In this document: in pieces, positions 47,644 through 57,683 of the stretch
Numbering within the stretch: the first letter of the stretch is position 1
Layout of the letters: each line of letters opens with the position of its first letter
Source: an uncultured Desulfospira sp.
Lineage (GTDB): Bacteria; Desulfobacterota; Desulfobacteria; Desulfobacterales; Desulfobacteraceae
Direction: 5' to 3'
Assembly (NCBI GenBank): GCA_963663165.1
Contig: OY760175.1
Span: 2,048,001 to 2,112,000 of the forward strand
DNA: 64,000 bases
Notes under the pieces: generated by a model
Database searches by the model: none
What the model saw: only the letters and a program-made list of their open reading frames with translations
Told to the model about the DNA's origin: nothing
Program-made: the position numbers and the translations under genes

Positions 47644-50523
47644 TTATTCTTCTTTTCCGGATCTGATTAGAATCAGTGCCGCATCCGGTATATTCAGGTA
47701 TGTTTTGGCAAGATCCGTTAAATCCGTGTAATGAACGGCATTGTAATCCTCGACCATATGGGATGCCCATTCCATCTGTTCAGGGTGTCTCAAGGAGCCT
47801 GCCATGACCGTATTCAGCCAGTAGGCATTCTTTTTTCGGATATCCTTTATATGGGTCATGAGCGGTTTTTTAACCAGGTCAAGGGCCTGTTCCGTCACAC
47901 CGGACTGTTTTAAATCCCGGACAATGGATACCATGGCATCATGGACTGTTTCAAATTCGCCGGGGTCGGCCTGGGCCACCATGTGCATCACCCCGTACCC
48001 CGGATAAGTTGTGGACGGCTGGTTAAAGACGTAGGGCGAATAGGATGCCCCCAAATCTTCCCGGACCTTTTGCCTGAGCTTTTCAGAAACCACCCGGGCC
48101 AGCAGGGACAATCTCCGGGTCTGATGGATATCCCAAAAATCGTCTGTGGGAAAGGCCATCCGGACCATCCCCTTTTCAATCCTGGTATCCAGGGACAGCT
48201 CAAGGTGAGCGCCTTTGGGAAAGGTAACCTCCCTGTCCGGGATTTCGCCAGGCTCTTTCCGGGGATCAAGGCCGCCTAAATAATCGGCCGCATACCCGAT
48301 GACATCATCGGGATGGATGTCCCCGGCTATGGACAATTCCAAGGGCGAAGACTTAAAACAGGGGAGCAGGAAGTTTCGGATATCTCTTACCGTGATCCGC
48401 TCAACCTGATCGGGATGGGCAAGGCCGAAACGGGGATCATCATTTGCCAGAAAACGGTTCCCCTTTATCTCCATCATGCCGTCAGGGGTCCGCCCAAGGT
48501 TATCCACCATTTTCCGGTACAAGGTTTTGGCAAGGTCCAGTTCCGGTTCCCTGATCCCCGGGTCCTTTAAATAGGCGTAGATCAGCTCAAACACCAGCCT
48601 GGCCTCTTTGGGATCAGCCGCCCCGGACAGTGAAAAATACCCGTCTTCAACACTGAACCCGATGTCCACATCCCGGCCGGCCAGGGCCTGCTCAAGCTGG
48701 TCCATATCCAATGCCCCAAGCCCGCTCTGATTTACCGTCACCTGGCTAATCCAGTCAAGCCCGGGTTTATCCAGGGGCGTCCGGCTCTTTCCATATCCAA
48801 ACACCAGTTTGAAGATCATTTTGTGTTTCTGGAAATCTGTCTGCTTTAAGTTCAGCCGGACCTGGTTGTGAAAATCCACCGTGGTGATGCCAAGCCCCTT
48901 TATATCGTTTTTAACCTTTGAAATTCTGGCGGCCCGCTCTGTCTCATCTTTGGCTACCGGTGCGGACAGATATGGAAATACCTTTGCCTGAAAACTTTGG
49001 TAGGCGGTTACAGGCTCAAGGGTCCCTTTAAGATAGATGGCCTGAATTTCTTCTTCCGGCAGCCTGCCGTCTTCACCGGCAATGGCGGCATTTCCGGAAA
49101 CCAGGATCAGCCGGTGGTCATCGGCCCATAATGTCTTAAACGACCGGTTGATCTGATCCAGGGTAAGATTTTCTAAAAACGGCTTTAATATGGCCTGTTC
49201 CTGCAAAGGGGATAAAAACAATCGTTTCTGGTTGACAGAATTGAGGATTTCTTGGGAAAGATCCTTGGTCTGCCGGGTATCGGCCTGCCTGACAGCAGAG
49301 TCAAGAGAAGATATGGCATTCGCCTTGACCTGGGAAAATTCTGAATCTTCAAACCCGTACAAAAGGGCCTGCCGGAGCAGTTTCTCCAATTGCGACAGCG
49401 CGGGCTGCCAGTTTTCAGGTTCACAATCCGCCTGAACCGATGTAAAGGATACATGGTTGAGAAACCGGCCGGTGTGGGCCGAAGCCAGCGTAAATGCCGC
49501 CTCCTGATTCCGGATCAACCGGGAGAACCGGTTTTCAAGAATCTGACTGGCCAACAGGTTGACCACTTCCTCTTTAATGTCTGAAATTTGCTGGGTATTA
49601 AATTCTTTGTATGAAACCCGTTCAATGGTGATCTTTGTTTCTGCGGCCTCGGGATCGTAAAGGTAAAACGTCTTGATCCCCTTGTGAGGGGTCCACGACA
49701 GATCAGGCGGCTGCCGGGTCCCGGCCTTTCCCGGCCCGGGCGAAAGACTTGAAAACCGGTCACGGATCAAGGCGGTCAGTTCCTGGGAATCAAAATCCCC
49801 CACCGCCACCAGGACCATGTTATCCGGCCGGTACCACTTGTCGTAAAATCCCTTTAACAGGTCTTGATCGGCCTTCTCAATAACCGGCGTCACCCCGATG
49901 GGATGGCGGCGGGTAATCAGGGATCCGGGCAGTTCAAAGGCAAGCTCTTTTTTAAAACGCTGGTAAGCCACTGAATCCCGTTCTCTTTTTTCGGCCAGAA
50001 TAACCCCCCGCTCCCGGTCGATTTCATCGGGCAGAAGCAGCGCCCCCCGGGCATAATCACCCATGACCAGAAGCCCGTCCGACAAATGCGCCTTACCTGC
50101 CTGGGGCAGGTTCAGGTCATAGATGGTGTTAAAGTATGAGGTATGGGCATTGGCATCTCTTCCAAACGCCATGCCAATGGATTGAAAATAGGTAATCAGC
50201 TCTCCGGGCTTGAAATGCTCGGACCCGTTAAAGAGCATGTGTTCAAGATAGTGGGCAAGCCCCTGTTCCTCTTCGGTTTCATGGATAGAACCGGCAAAGA
50301 CGTTCAGGTGCATGCTGACCCGGTTGGGAGGGGTCTGATTTTTTAACAGGACATATTGGAACCCATTGTCCAGGGTGCCGTGGATAAGGGCCGGGTCTTT
50401 TTGAACTTCCGTCCCTTTGGTTTCATTCAAAAAACAGAGGGGATGCCGGGCCGTCGTACCACACCCGGCACACACAAAAACAATCAGTAAAAAAACAATC
50501 AGCCTGAATTTCATTTTACCCAT
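47644..50523 (-). CDS. M16 family zinc peptidase (PqqL-like lipoprotein)
   Basis: Lipobox CAGC, GLAHYLEH (HxxEH), NAHTS, FYDKWYRPDNM, REDLGASYS. Confidence 0.92.
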   Translation of the reverse strand: MGKMKFRLIVFLLIVFVCAGCGTTARHPLCFLNETKGTEVQKDPALIHGTLDNGFQYVLLKNQTPPNRVSMHLNVFAGSIHETEEEQGLAHYLEHMLFNGSEHFKPGELITYFQSIGMAFGRDANAHTSYFNTIYDLNLPQAGKAHLSDGLLVMGDYARGALLLPDEIDRERGVILAEKRERDSVAYQRFKKELAFELPGSLITRRHPIGVTPVIEKADQDLLKGFYDKWYRPDNMVLVAVGDFDSQELTALIRDRFSSLSPGPGKAGTRQPPDLSWTPHKGIKTFYLYDPEAAETKITIERVSYKEFNTQQISDIKEEVVNLLASQILENRFSRLIRNQEAAFTLASAHTGRFLNHVSFTSVQADCEPENWQPALSQLEKLLRQALLYGFEDSEFSQVKANAISSLDSAVRQADTRQTKDLSQEILNSVNQKRLFLSPLQEQAILKPFLENLTLDQINRSFKTLWADDHRLILVSGNAAIAGEDGRLPEEEIQAIYLKGTLEPVTAYQSFQAKVFPYLSAPVAKDETERAARISKVKNDIKGLGITTVDFHNQVRLNLKQTDFQKHKMIFKLVFGYGKSRTPLDKPGLDWISQVTVNQSGLGALDMDQLEQALAGRDVDIGFSVEDGYFSLSGAADPKEARLVFELIYAYLKDPGIREPELDLAKTLYRKMVDNLGRTPDGMMEIKGNRFLANDDPRFGLAHPDQVERITVRDIRNFLLPCFKSSPLELSIAGDIHPDDVIGYAADYLGGLDPRKEPGEIPDREVTFPKGAHLELSLDTRIEKGMVRMAFPTDDFWDIHQTRRLSLLARVVSEKLRQKVREDLGASYSPYVFNQPSTTYPGYGVMHMVAQADPGEFETVHDAMVSIVRDLKQSGVTEQALDLVKKPLMTHIKDIRKKNAYWLNTVMAGSLRHPEQMEWASHMVEDYNAVHYTDLTDLAKTYLNIPDAALILIRSGKEE

Positions 50524-50583
50524 ACCACTAAGGCGAATGCAACCGATTCTCCGGCAATTGAATTAACCGCACCGCCGTAATTT

Positions 50584-50744
50584 GTGCCTGAACGAAAACC
50601 CGTATTTGGACGAAAAGTTGCCCAGATGCAAGGCGTAACCAAAGGTCAGAAACCAGAAAAAATGGCAACCGGAGCAACCTGGCGGTTGTGAGGATTGCCA
50701 TTTTTTCTGCAACGTAGCAGATGGGTGACTTTTCGTTCAAACAC
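50584..50744. mobile_element. MITE-like repeat family B, copy 1
   Basis: TIRs GTGCCTGAACGAAAA / TTTTCGTTCAAACAC (13/15), TAATTT on both flanks, second copy at 63421. Confidence 0.75.
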
Positions 50745-52636
50745 TAATTTAGAAACCGTTCTTCTATTTCTATTTCATTATTAGCCCTTAAGTCGTCAAC
50801 CCAAGTCTGAAAATACTGGCTTTGCTTCATCCAGGCCAGTTGATTTCTGGTCTCCTCAAGGTGGGAGGCCATATCCTCTTTGGCCGGTGCCTGCTTTTCC
50901 TTGAACGCCATCACAAGGGCGCCCTTGCTGGTTTCCAGCACACTGGGATAAATGGGATTTTCCTTGGTCAGACTGAATGCGGCCTCGGTAAATTCAGCCA
51001 AGGTGCCGACTTCTGAAACCTGATCTTCCCGCTTGAAAAGCTTGGAAGATTTTACACTAAGGCCGGCGGTTTGGGCGGCCTGCTCCAAGGAGCCGTCAGC
51101 CTTGGCCTTTTCAAGCACTTCCCCGGCCTGTTTGCCTGCCGCCTCTTTTTGAAGTTTTGTTTTAAGGGTTTTGGCAATCCGGTCCTTGACCGCGTCAAAG
51201 GCAAGCCGTTCAGGGGCAATCTTTTCAACGACCTTGATAATGTAATAATCATCGCCTAACTGCTGGACATCACTGGCTTCGGCTTCAGAAAGTTCAAAGG
51301 CCGCTTTGGCAAACTCGGCCTTTCTCATCATATCAAGTCCCTTTCCGGACCGGGTAAACGCTTCGGTTTTAATAATTTCCTTTTGAGCCGTCAGGGCCAC
51401 CTGTTCAAAATCATCCCCGTCAATAATGGCATCAAAGGCCTCGCCTGCCTGATAATACGCCATATTAACCATTTCCTGATGGGCCAGCGCTTTTTTAATC
51501 TCCTCGGTTGCCTGGGCCAGGGACCTCACCGATGCCTCATGTTTGGCTTCAACCTTAATGATGTGCCAGCCGAAACGGGTTTTCACAGGCTTGCTGATGT
51601 CTCCGGCCTTCATGGCAAAAGCGGCTTCCTCAAAGGGTTTGACCATCTGCCCCCGCTGGAACGACCCTAAATACCCGCCACTGGTTTTGGACGGCCCCTG
51701 GGAAAATTCCTTGGCCAGCTTTGCAAAATCCTCCCCTTTAGCAGCCTTTTCATAGATTTCCATGGCCTGGGACTTTGCCTTTTCCACCGTTTCGGTGTCG
51801 GCATCTTCAGCCACTTTGATCAGAATATGGCGGGCTTCCACTTTTTCAGGGGTTTTGTACTGGTCCTGATTCTGATTGTAATACTCTTCAATCTGGTTTT
51901 CAGGAACCTGAACCTTTCCCTTATTATCTTCAGGTGAAAATTTAATATAAACCGCTTTTAAGGCCGGTTCTGACTGATAGTCACCGGGATTGTCCTCGTA
52001 CACTTTTTTCATTTCATCTTCACTGGGGGCAACGTCGGCAAAGGCGTCGGGGGTGATTAACACATAATCCACGGCCATCTTTGTCTCATAAAACTCATAC
52101 CATTTTTCCGTCTCCATATCGGAAACAGTGATGCTGCTGAGAACCAGATTCCTGACTTTCTGTTGTTTTAAAGAGCTTTTCTGAAGGGCTTCAAAACTTT
52201 CCGGTGTCATGGAATTCAGGCCTAAAACCTTTTTATACAATTCCATATCAAAGGTGCCGTTCTGCTGAAACGCCTTGATGGAAAAAAGGGCTTGTGCCAG
52301 CTCTTTGTCCGTTACCTGAATATTGAGTTTATCGGCCTGGGCCAGCACCAATTTTTGTTCAATCAATGAGTCAAGGGTCTGCTGTTTGACGTTCAGCTGC
52401 TTTAAAAGGTCATCATTGAGGTTGTCGCCGAAACGCTGCCTCATCTGCTCCACGGTATTCCTGTAGGCATTCTGGAATTCATTGATGGTTATGGGCTCAT
52501 CATTCACCATGGCCACAATATTGTTCCGTTTTGAATTCATGGAACCAACACCTAGGAACACAAAAACGATCACAATGATTCCAAGAAAAATTTTAATAAT
52601 CCAGTTGCCTGTATTTGCACGCAGAACCCTTAGCAT
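50744..52636 (-). CDS. ppiD: PpiD-like chaperone/PPIase
   Basis: N-terminal TM, SurA-N domain, parvulin motifs ARHILIK, GGYLG, MVKPFE, TRFGWHIIK. ATG 52636 with AAGGAG. Confidence 0.88.
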   Translation of the reverse strand: MLRVLRANTGNWIIKIFLGIIVIVFVFLGVGSMNSKRNNIVAMVNDEPITINEFQNAYRNTVEQMRQRFGDNLNDDLLKQLNVKQQTLDSLIEQKLVLAQADKLNIQVTDKELAQALFSIKAFQQNGTFDMELYKKVLGLNSMTPESFEALQKSSLKQQKVRNLVLSSITVSDMETEKWYEFYETKMAVDYVLITPDAFADVAPSEDEMKKVYEDNPGDYQSEPALKAVYIKFSPEDNKGKVQVPENQIEEYYNQNQDQYKTPEKVEARHILIKVAEDADTETVEKAKSQAMEIYEKAAKGEDFAKLAKEFSQGPSKTSGGYLGSFQRGQMVKPFEEAAFAMKAGDISKPVKTRFGWHIIKVEAKHEASVRSLAQATEEIKKALAHQEMVNMAYYQAGEAFDAIIDGDDFEQVALTAQKEIIKTEAFTRSGKGLDMMRKAEFAKAAFELSEAEASDVQQLGDDYYIIKVVEKIAPERLAFDAVKDRIAKTLKTKLQKEAAGKQAGEVLEKAKADGSLEQAAQTAGLSVKSSKLFKREDQVSEVGTLAEFTEAAFSLTKENPIYPSVLETSKGALVMAFKEKQAPAKEDMASHLEETRNQLAWMKQSQYFQTWVDDLRANNEIEIEERFLN

Positions 52637-52821
52637 ATTATGCTCTCCTTCAAATATCCGAAATAAACTTAACCTATGGACTTCAAAAAACAAACCATAC
52701 TATATCTTCATAAAATCCCGTGTCAATGAATTATTGGCCTTTGCAACCAATTCTAAAAAAATCCAAACTTTTTTATTGACATAAAACCGGGTTTTGATTA
52801 TACATCAGCATCTTCTTTTGT

Positions 52822-52897
52822 GGGGCTGTAGCTCAGCTGGGAGAGCGCATGGCTGGCAGCCATGAGGTCAGGGGTTCGAGCCCCCTCAGCTCCACCA
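52822..52897 (+). tRNA. tRNA-Ala (GGC)
   Basis: 76-nt cloverleaf GGGGCTG...TCCACCA; anticodon arm CATGG-CTGGCAG-CCATG. Confidence 0.98.
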
Positions 52898-52907
52898 ACA
52901 TGAAATT

Positions 52908-52937
52908 AAGCTGCCGTTATTACGGTGGCTTTTTTTA
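52908..52937 (+). terminator. Intrinsic terminator after tRNA-Ala
   Basis: AAGCTGCCGT-TATT-ACGGTGGCTT followed by a T-run. Confidence 0.8.
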
Positions 52938-53090
52938 TGTAAAAAACAAGCTTTGCCGCGTCTCTTCCTTGTTCCTTCCTGATCTTGAAAGCTTTAAGTA
53001 TTGTTTACCCCCTATTGAACACCCCGCCGGGAATATGGTAGAGTTCCCCTACATAGATCACTGATATTAACGGCGATTCAGGAACATTTT

Positions 53091-53963
53091 ATGCCTATGC
53101 TTTTTAAATCATTCAACTCTGGCGTTTTGACGTGTTGCATAATTTTCATGGCCGCTTCAAATTTTATTCCCCGTTCCTGCCCGGCCCGGGAGAGTTTCAC
53201 CAACAAAATCGGCATGAATTTTATAAAAATTCCGGCCGGCAGTTTTATCATGGGAAGCCCGGAATCGGAAATGGGCCGGAACTGGAATGAGCGCCAGCAC
53301 CGGGTAGTCATTTCCAAAAGCTTTTATATGGGGGAAACCGAAGTGACCCAGGGCCAGTGGAACCGGCTGGCCTCTCCCAATCCGTCCACATTTAAGGTCA
53401 CAGATGAGTACCCGGTGGATTCAGTGAACTGGAATGAGGCGGTCCTGTTTATTGCGTTTCTCAATAAGCTGGAAAAAACCACCAAATACCGGCTGCCCAC
53501 TGAGGCGGAATGGGAATATGCCTGCCGGGCCGGTTCCAGTGCGGCCTTTGCACGGGGGGGCATCACCACGACCTCCTGTGATGAGCCTGAGCCGGCACTG
53601 GAGAAGATGGCCTGGTATTGTTTTAATTCCGGCCGGCAAAATCCGGCCAGCGACTTCAGGCCCCATCCGGTAAAAACCATGAAACCCAATAAATGGGGCC
53701 TTTACGACATGCACGGGAATGTCCAGGAATGGGTCCAGGATGCCTGCCGGTGGCGTACTTTTCTCCATTCCAAAGTAGGGGTTATCACCGATACCTATGA
53801 AAACGATATTGTGGACCCATTGAACACCACCGGAGACCACAAGATTATTCGGGGCGGGGGATGGCACCAGAACGGCAAGTACCAGCGGTGCGCCTACAGA
53901 AGCTACTACAAACCCACCGCCGTTCGGAACAGCTTAGGGTTCAGGATTGTCCGGGATCAGTAG
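53091..53963 (+). CDS. SUMF1/FGE-sulfatase-like domain protein
   Basis: GSFIMGS, EVTQGQW, RLPTEAEWEYACRAG, GLYDMHGNVQEW, RGGGW, GFRIV. Confidence 0.92.
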   Translation: MPMLFKSFNSGVLTCCIIFMAASNFIPRSCPARESFTNKIGMNFIKIPAGSFIMGSPESEMGRNWNERQHRVVISKSFYMGETEVTQGQWNRLASPNPSTFKVTDEYPVDSVNWNEAVLFIAFLNKLEKTTKYRLPTEAEWEYACRAGSSAAFARGGITTTSCDEPEPALEKMAWYCFNSGRQNPASDFRPHPVKTMKPNKWGLYDMHGNVQEWVQDACRWRTFLHSKVGVITDTYENDIVDPLNTTGDHKIIRGGGWHQNGKYQRCAYRSYYKPTAVRNSLGFRIVRDQ

Positions 53964-54426
53964 TTTCATATCCCCGGATAATCCCCTTTAATCCGGGAAG
54001 GCCGGGAAGGTGCTTGTATAAAAAGGCGCCTGCGCCCAGTAAAACAGCGTCCCGGACAAGCAGCCAGAAGGCCGATGACGGATGGGACTGGTCTGCCAGG
54101 GAAAAACAGCCGCAGTCAAACTGGTGGCCCCGGATCAGGTTATACCCGATAATCAGAATAAACCCGGAAAGCAGCCCGTTAAGGATCAGCAGGGCCGAAG
54201 ACGGGAAAAAACCGGCCACCAGGCAAAGCCCTGCCACACATTCTATATAGGGAACCCAGATGGCCAGAAGGTTGATGGCCGTTTCAGGAAATACATCGTA
54301 TCCATAAATAATTTTGGCAAACTCCGCCGGGTGGATGATTTTGTGAAGGCTGGCATAGATAAAGCATCCCCCCATGACCACCCGGATGCCCCAGAGCAGC
54401 AGGGCCTTTTTATCCCGGTTATTCAA
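53941..54426 (-). CDS. MauE/DoxX family membrane protein (start uncertain)
   Basis: FIYASLHKI, PYIE, RGHQFDCGCF, RD; overlaps the rhodanese stop. Confidence 0.85.
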   Translation of the reverse strand: MNNRDKKALLLWGIRVVMGGCFIYASLHKIIHPAEFAKIIYGYDVFPETAINLLAIWVPYIECVAGLCLVAGFFPSSALLILNGLLSGFILIIGYNLIRGHQFDCGCFSLADQSHPSSAFWLLVRDAVLLGAGAFLYKHLPGLPGLKGIIRGYETTDPGQS

Positions 54427-54913
54427 CTTCAAACCCCATTTCCTGCCACTGTTCAAATCCGCCCCCATATACCAGGACCTTTGAAAAGCCCATGGCCATT
54501 AACTGATCGGCAAAGGTGTGGCTGTCCGTGCAGTGGAACCCGGAACAGTACACCAGGACAGGGGATTCTTTTGTGACAAGAGCCAAAAGCCTGTCTATGC
54601 GTTGGTCAAATTCATCCAGGGGGAATGACAGGGCGCCGGGAAGGTGGCCTTCTTCATAGGAGAATCCAGGCCTTACATCCAGAACAACCATGGCATTGCC
54701 GGTCACAATCTCATAGACTTTCATGGGGTCGTTTATTTCAATGCCCGAGTGAACCGTATCGTTTTTGGCCTTTGCCGTGACAACCCCTTCGCTGGTGTTC
54801 CACTGGCCCACCAGGGCAATCCCCGAAGGAGAAAACCAGTTCACCCCAAGCCCTAAGCCCAAGGAAAAAAACAGAATCAGGACTACCCCGTTAACATCAG
54901 TTTTACGCAACAT
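54419..54913 (-). CDS. Membrane-anchored rhodanese domain protein
   Basis: LDVR, GHLPGA, VYCSGFHC, YGGGFEQW. Confidence 0.9.
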   Translation of the reverse strand: MLRKTDVNGVVLILFFSLGLGLGVNWFSPSGIALVGQWNTSEGVVTAKAKNDTVHSGIEINDPMKVYEIVTGNAMVVLDVRPGFSYEEGHLPGALSFPLDEFDQRIDRLLALVTKESPVLVYCSGFHCTDSHTFADQLMAMGFSKVLVYGGGFEQWQEMGFEVE

Positions 54914-54944
54914 ACCAAAATCTTCTTAACTGTCATGGGCTTTC

Positions 54945-55241
54945 TTAGAATCTCGCCCTGATTTTCTCAAACATTTCCAGACGTTTTTCCAAAATCAGCA
55001 GTTTAACCCATTGTTCCAGAAGGTCCTCCATCCGGTTTTCCGGGACACCGGCTTCCGGGTTCCCGGCCGGGCCGGCCTCTAAAGCAGCTTTTATTCTCAG
55101 ACAGGCTTGGGCCATATCGGACTTTAAGGTTGTGTCCTCGGCTTCGGCTTCAAGATATTGATAGATGTCAAGGGCCTCTTTGTGCCAGCCCTGGTTTTCA
55201 TAAACCCTGGCAAGTTCCACGGTCTTAAATTCATCTGTCAT
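54945..55241 (-). CDS. Hypothetical protein with a single TPR-like motif
   Basis: TVELARVYENQGWHKEALDIY; coupled to the upstream ftsB-like gene. Confidence 0.7.
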   Translation of the reverse strand: MTDEFKTVELARVYENQGWHKEALDIYQYLEAEAEDTTLKSDMAQACLRIKAALEAGPAGNPEAGVPENRMEDLLEQWVKLLILEKRLEMFEKIRARF

Positions 55242-55543
55242 TGAAGATCCCCTTCCGGCTCTTTGGGCGTTGTCTTGAATATCATCTCGCCCTGCTCTGC
55301 CATTTCATGCTCATGTTTTGCCAGGTGTTTGATATAGTTAATGTCATTTTTCAGGCTTCTGATTTCTTCTTCAAGCCGCTTGTTTTCCTCTTCAACGGCA
55401 TGGATTCTTGACACAACCTCAGCCTCTTTGGCCTTAAGCCGCCTGAAATCCATTACCCCGTTTTTTGAAAAAAAAATCATAAACAGCATAACGGCAATCA
55501 AAGCCATGGCCAGGTAAAATCCAATTTTCTCAAATACGGTCAT
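55238..55543 (-). CDS. ftsB: Septum formation initiator FtsB/DivIC family
   Basis: TM then coiled coil ENKRLEEEIRSLK, YIKHLAK, GEMIF. Confidence 0.82.
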   Translation of the reverse strand: MTVFEKIGFYLAMALIAVMLFMIFFSKNGVMDFRRLKAKEAEVVSRIHAVEEENKRLEEEIRSLKNDINYIKHLAKHEHEMAEQGEMIFKTTPKEPEGDLQ

Positions 55544-57090
55544 TGACGGTTCCGTTTTATCAGTTGCTTGACCATGTCCATTTCCCTGGCTGCCCCAACC
55601 AGACCAAGCCCTCCATAGATACAAACCCCTAGCGCGATGCAGGCAAACACGGCCATCCCGGACATCAGGCGGCTGCCGGTCTCAAGAATGCTGATCTGCC
55701 CGGCAGCCCAATGAACAGGAAAAAACATTATACCAGACAGAATTATTGCCCGGCAAGCGGAAACCATAATCCTTGCCCTGGAAAAATCCACCCCTTTAGG
55801 GACCCTTGCAAAAAGGCAGGCAAACCCTACCGCACTGGATAAAGAGACGGCCAGGGCAAGCCCCTGATACCCCATGGACCGTCCCAGAAAAAAACAGATT
55901 ACCCCATTAATCCCCATGGTCAACACCCCCACGGCAAACGGATAGGCCACACTGGAACAGGCAAAATGAAGGGTGACAAACAACCGGGTCCCGGCATAGG
56001 CCCACAACCCGGTCACCAGATAAAAAAGGCAGGCAGCCGTATGATTCGCCGCTTGGCCATCAAACTGGCCCTGTTCAAAAAAAAGACGGACAACCGGTTC
56101 ATGAATCGCCAGAAGTCCCATCATGGCCGGGATGGTCACAAAAAAAACCAGCCGCCCGCCCCGTTCAAAAATGCGGGATGCCTGGGAAAGGTTCCCGGCA
56201 ACAAAGCTCCGGGATAAGTCCGGCAGGAGGACCGCACAAAAAGCCCCGCCAAAAAGGGCTAAAGGGAACTGAACCAGCCGGTCTGAATAATACAGAAAAG
56301 AGACACTGCCCTCCATATTGGAGGAGGCAAAAAAAGACGCAATCAGCACATTCAGCTGGTAGGAAGCCGCCCCGATAATGGACGGCAGCATTTTTTTGGC
56401 GGCCTGTACAATTCCGGGATGAAAGAGCTTAAATACATAGGGGACGGTTCCAATATATGTGAACAAAAATGGGATCTGAAGAATCACCTGTATCAATCCG
56501 CCCAGGCCCACCCCGACAGCCAGCCAGGTGATATCCAGATTAAAGGTTTTGGAAACCGCCACCGTGGCCAGAATCACCACCAGATTGAACAGTACCGGGG
56601 TGAGGGCCGGCACCCTGAAATGGCCATAGGAGTTCAACACCCCCATGCTCAGGGAAACCAGCATGACAAACCCGAGATACGGCATCATGATTTTCAACAG
56701 CAGAACCGTTAATCTGAACTGCTCCGGGTTGGCTTCAAATCCGGGGGCCATCCCCCTTACCATCAGGGGGGCCAGAACAATCCCTGAAAGCACCAGCAGC
56801 GTCCCCGAAAAGGAAAGCAGCACCAGGGCGGACATAAACATGGCCCGGGCCTGATCCGGCCGGTCCAGTTCAAGATAGGACGAAAAAACCGGCACAAAGG
56901 CAATGGTCATAATGCCGTCAGAAAAGGTTTTTCTTAACAGGTCAAAAGGGCGGAAGGCCATAAAGAAGGCATCACTTACCCATCCGGCCCCCAGAACCCC
57001 TGCGATCAGCATATCCCTGACCAGTCCAAGAACCCTTGAAACCAGGGTAAGCCCGCTGACTTCCGATGCTTTCCTGAAGATACTTCTCAT
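55540..57090 (-). CDS. murJ: Lipid II flippase MurJ
   Basis: SRVLGLVRD, DAFFMAFR, AFVPVF, YSDRLVQFPL. Confidence 0.95.
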   Translation of the reverse strand: MRSIFRKASEVSGLTLVSRVLGLVRDMLIAGVLGAGWVSDAFFMAFRPFDLLRKTFSDGIMTIAFVPVFSSYLELDRPDQARAMFMSALVLLSFSGTLLVLSGIVLAPLMVRGMAPGFEANPEQFRLTVLLLKIMMPYLGFVMLVSLSMGVLNSYGHFRVPALTPVLFNLVVILATVAVSKTFNLDITWLAVGVGLGGLIQVILQIPFLFTYIGTVPYVFKLFHPGIVQAAKKMLPSIIGAASYQLNVLIASFFASSNMEGSVSFLYYSDRLVQFPLALFGGAFCAVLLPDLSRSFVAGNLSQASRIFERGGRLVFFVTIPAMMGLLAIHEPVVRLFFEQGQFDGQAANHTAACLFYLVTGLWAYAGTRLFVTLHFACSSVAYPFAVGVLTMGINGVICFFLGRSMGYQGLALAVSLSSAVGFACLFARVPKGVDFSRARIMVSACRAIILSGIMFFPVHWAAGQISILETGSRLMSGMAVFACIALGVCIYGGLGLVGAAREMDMVKQLIKRNRQ

Positions 57091-57098
57091 TGTTTTTC

Positions 57099-57127
57099 TT
57101 GACAAAAATAAAAACTACCCTTATGCT
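57099..57127 (+). promoter_or_regulatory. Putative rpsT promoter
   Basis: TTGACA-N17-TATGCT. Confidence 0.65.
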
Positions 57128-57187
57128 GTTGAATTTGAAATATGATTACCAGTATCCATACACAACAGAATAAGGAGTGAAACCAAG

Positions 57188-57442
57188 TTGGCGAATCATA
57201 AGTCCGCAAAAAAACGCGCAAAACAAAGTCAGGTCCGGCGCCTTAGAAACAAATCCGTAAAAACCTCTTTAAAAACCCTTGAAAAAAAGCTTCGAGCCGC
57301 CCAGGAAGAAGGCGCGGACACCAAGGACGCGCTGATGCGTAAAACCCAGTCCGCACTCCACAAAGCTGCCAAAAAAGGCATTATTCACAAAAAAACGGCG
57401 TCCAGAAAAATTTCAAGGTTATCGAAACTTGTAAGCGCTTAA
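57188..57442 (+). CDS. rpsT: 30S ribosomal protein S20
   Basis: ANHKSAKKR, KGIIHKKTASRKISRL; TTG start with AAGGAG. Confidence 0.97.
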   Translation: MANHKSAKKRAKQSQVRRLRNKSVKTSLKTLEKKLRAAQEEGADTKDALMRKTQSALHKAAKKGIIHKKTASRKISRLSKLVSA

Positions 57443-57507
57443 AACAGGACCCCTTCAGGGCCTGTGGCAAAAGCTTACTTTTTTTTGCCGGAACACAACA
57501 AAGAAAT

Positions 57508-57551
57508 CAACAGGATTTGTAAGGTTATCTAACCCTGTACAAATCCTGTTG
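57508..57551. terminator. Hairpin between convergent rpsT and lptE
   Basis: CAACAGGATTTGTA...TACAAATCCTGTTG inverted repeat. Confidence 0.6.
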
Positions 57552-57683
57552 ATGGTCTTATTCTGACCGGTTTGCCAACAATCACCGTTCTTTTTTTTAT
57601 TCTTCGGCACTCACCGCTGTTATCTATCCCGCCAAGACGGCCACCCAGGCCAAGATTGGGCGTTCTTTTCACACATCTTTAAG

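Noticed and set aside
52822..52940. tRNA-Ala as an island integration site
   Set aside because: Followed by its own terminator and ordinary genes; no integrase or 3' duplication seen.
53091..53963. FGE-like C-terminus as a diversity-generating retroelement target
   Set aside because: No template repeat or reverse transcriptase seen in the window; a remote one cannot be excluded.
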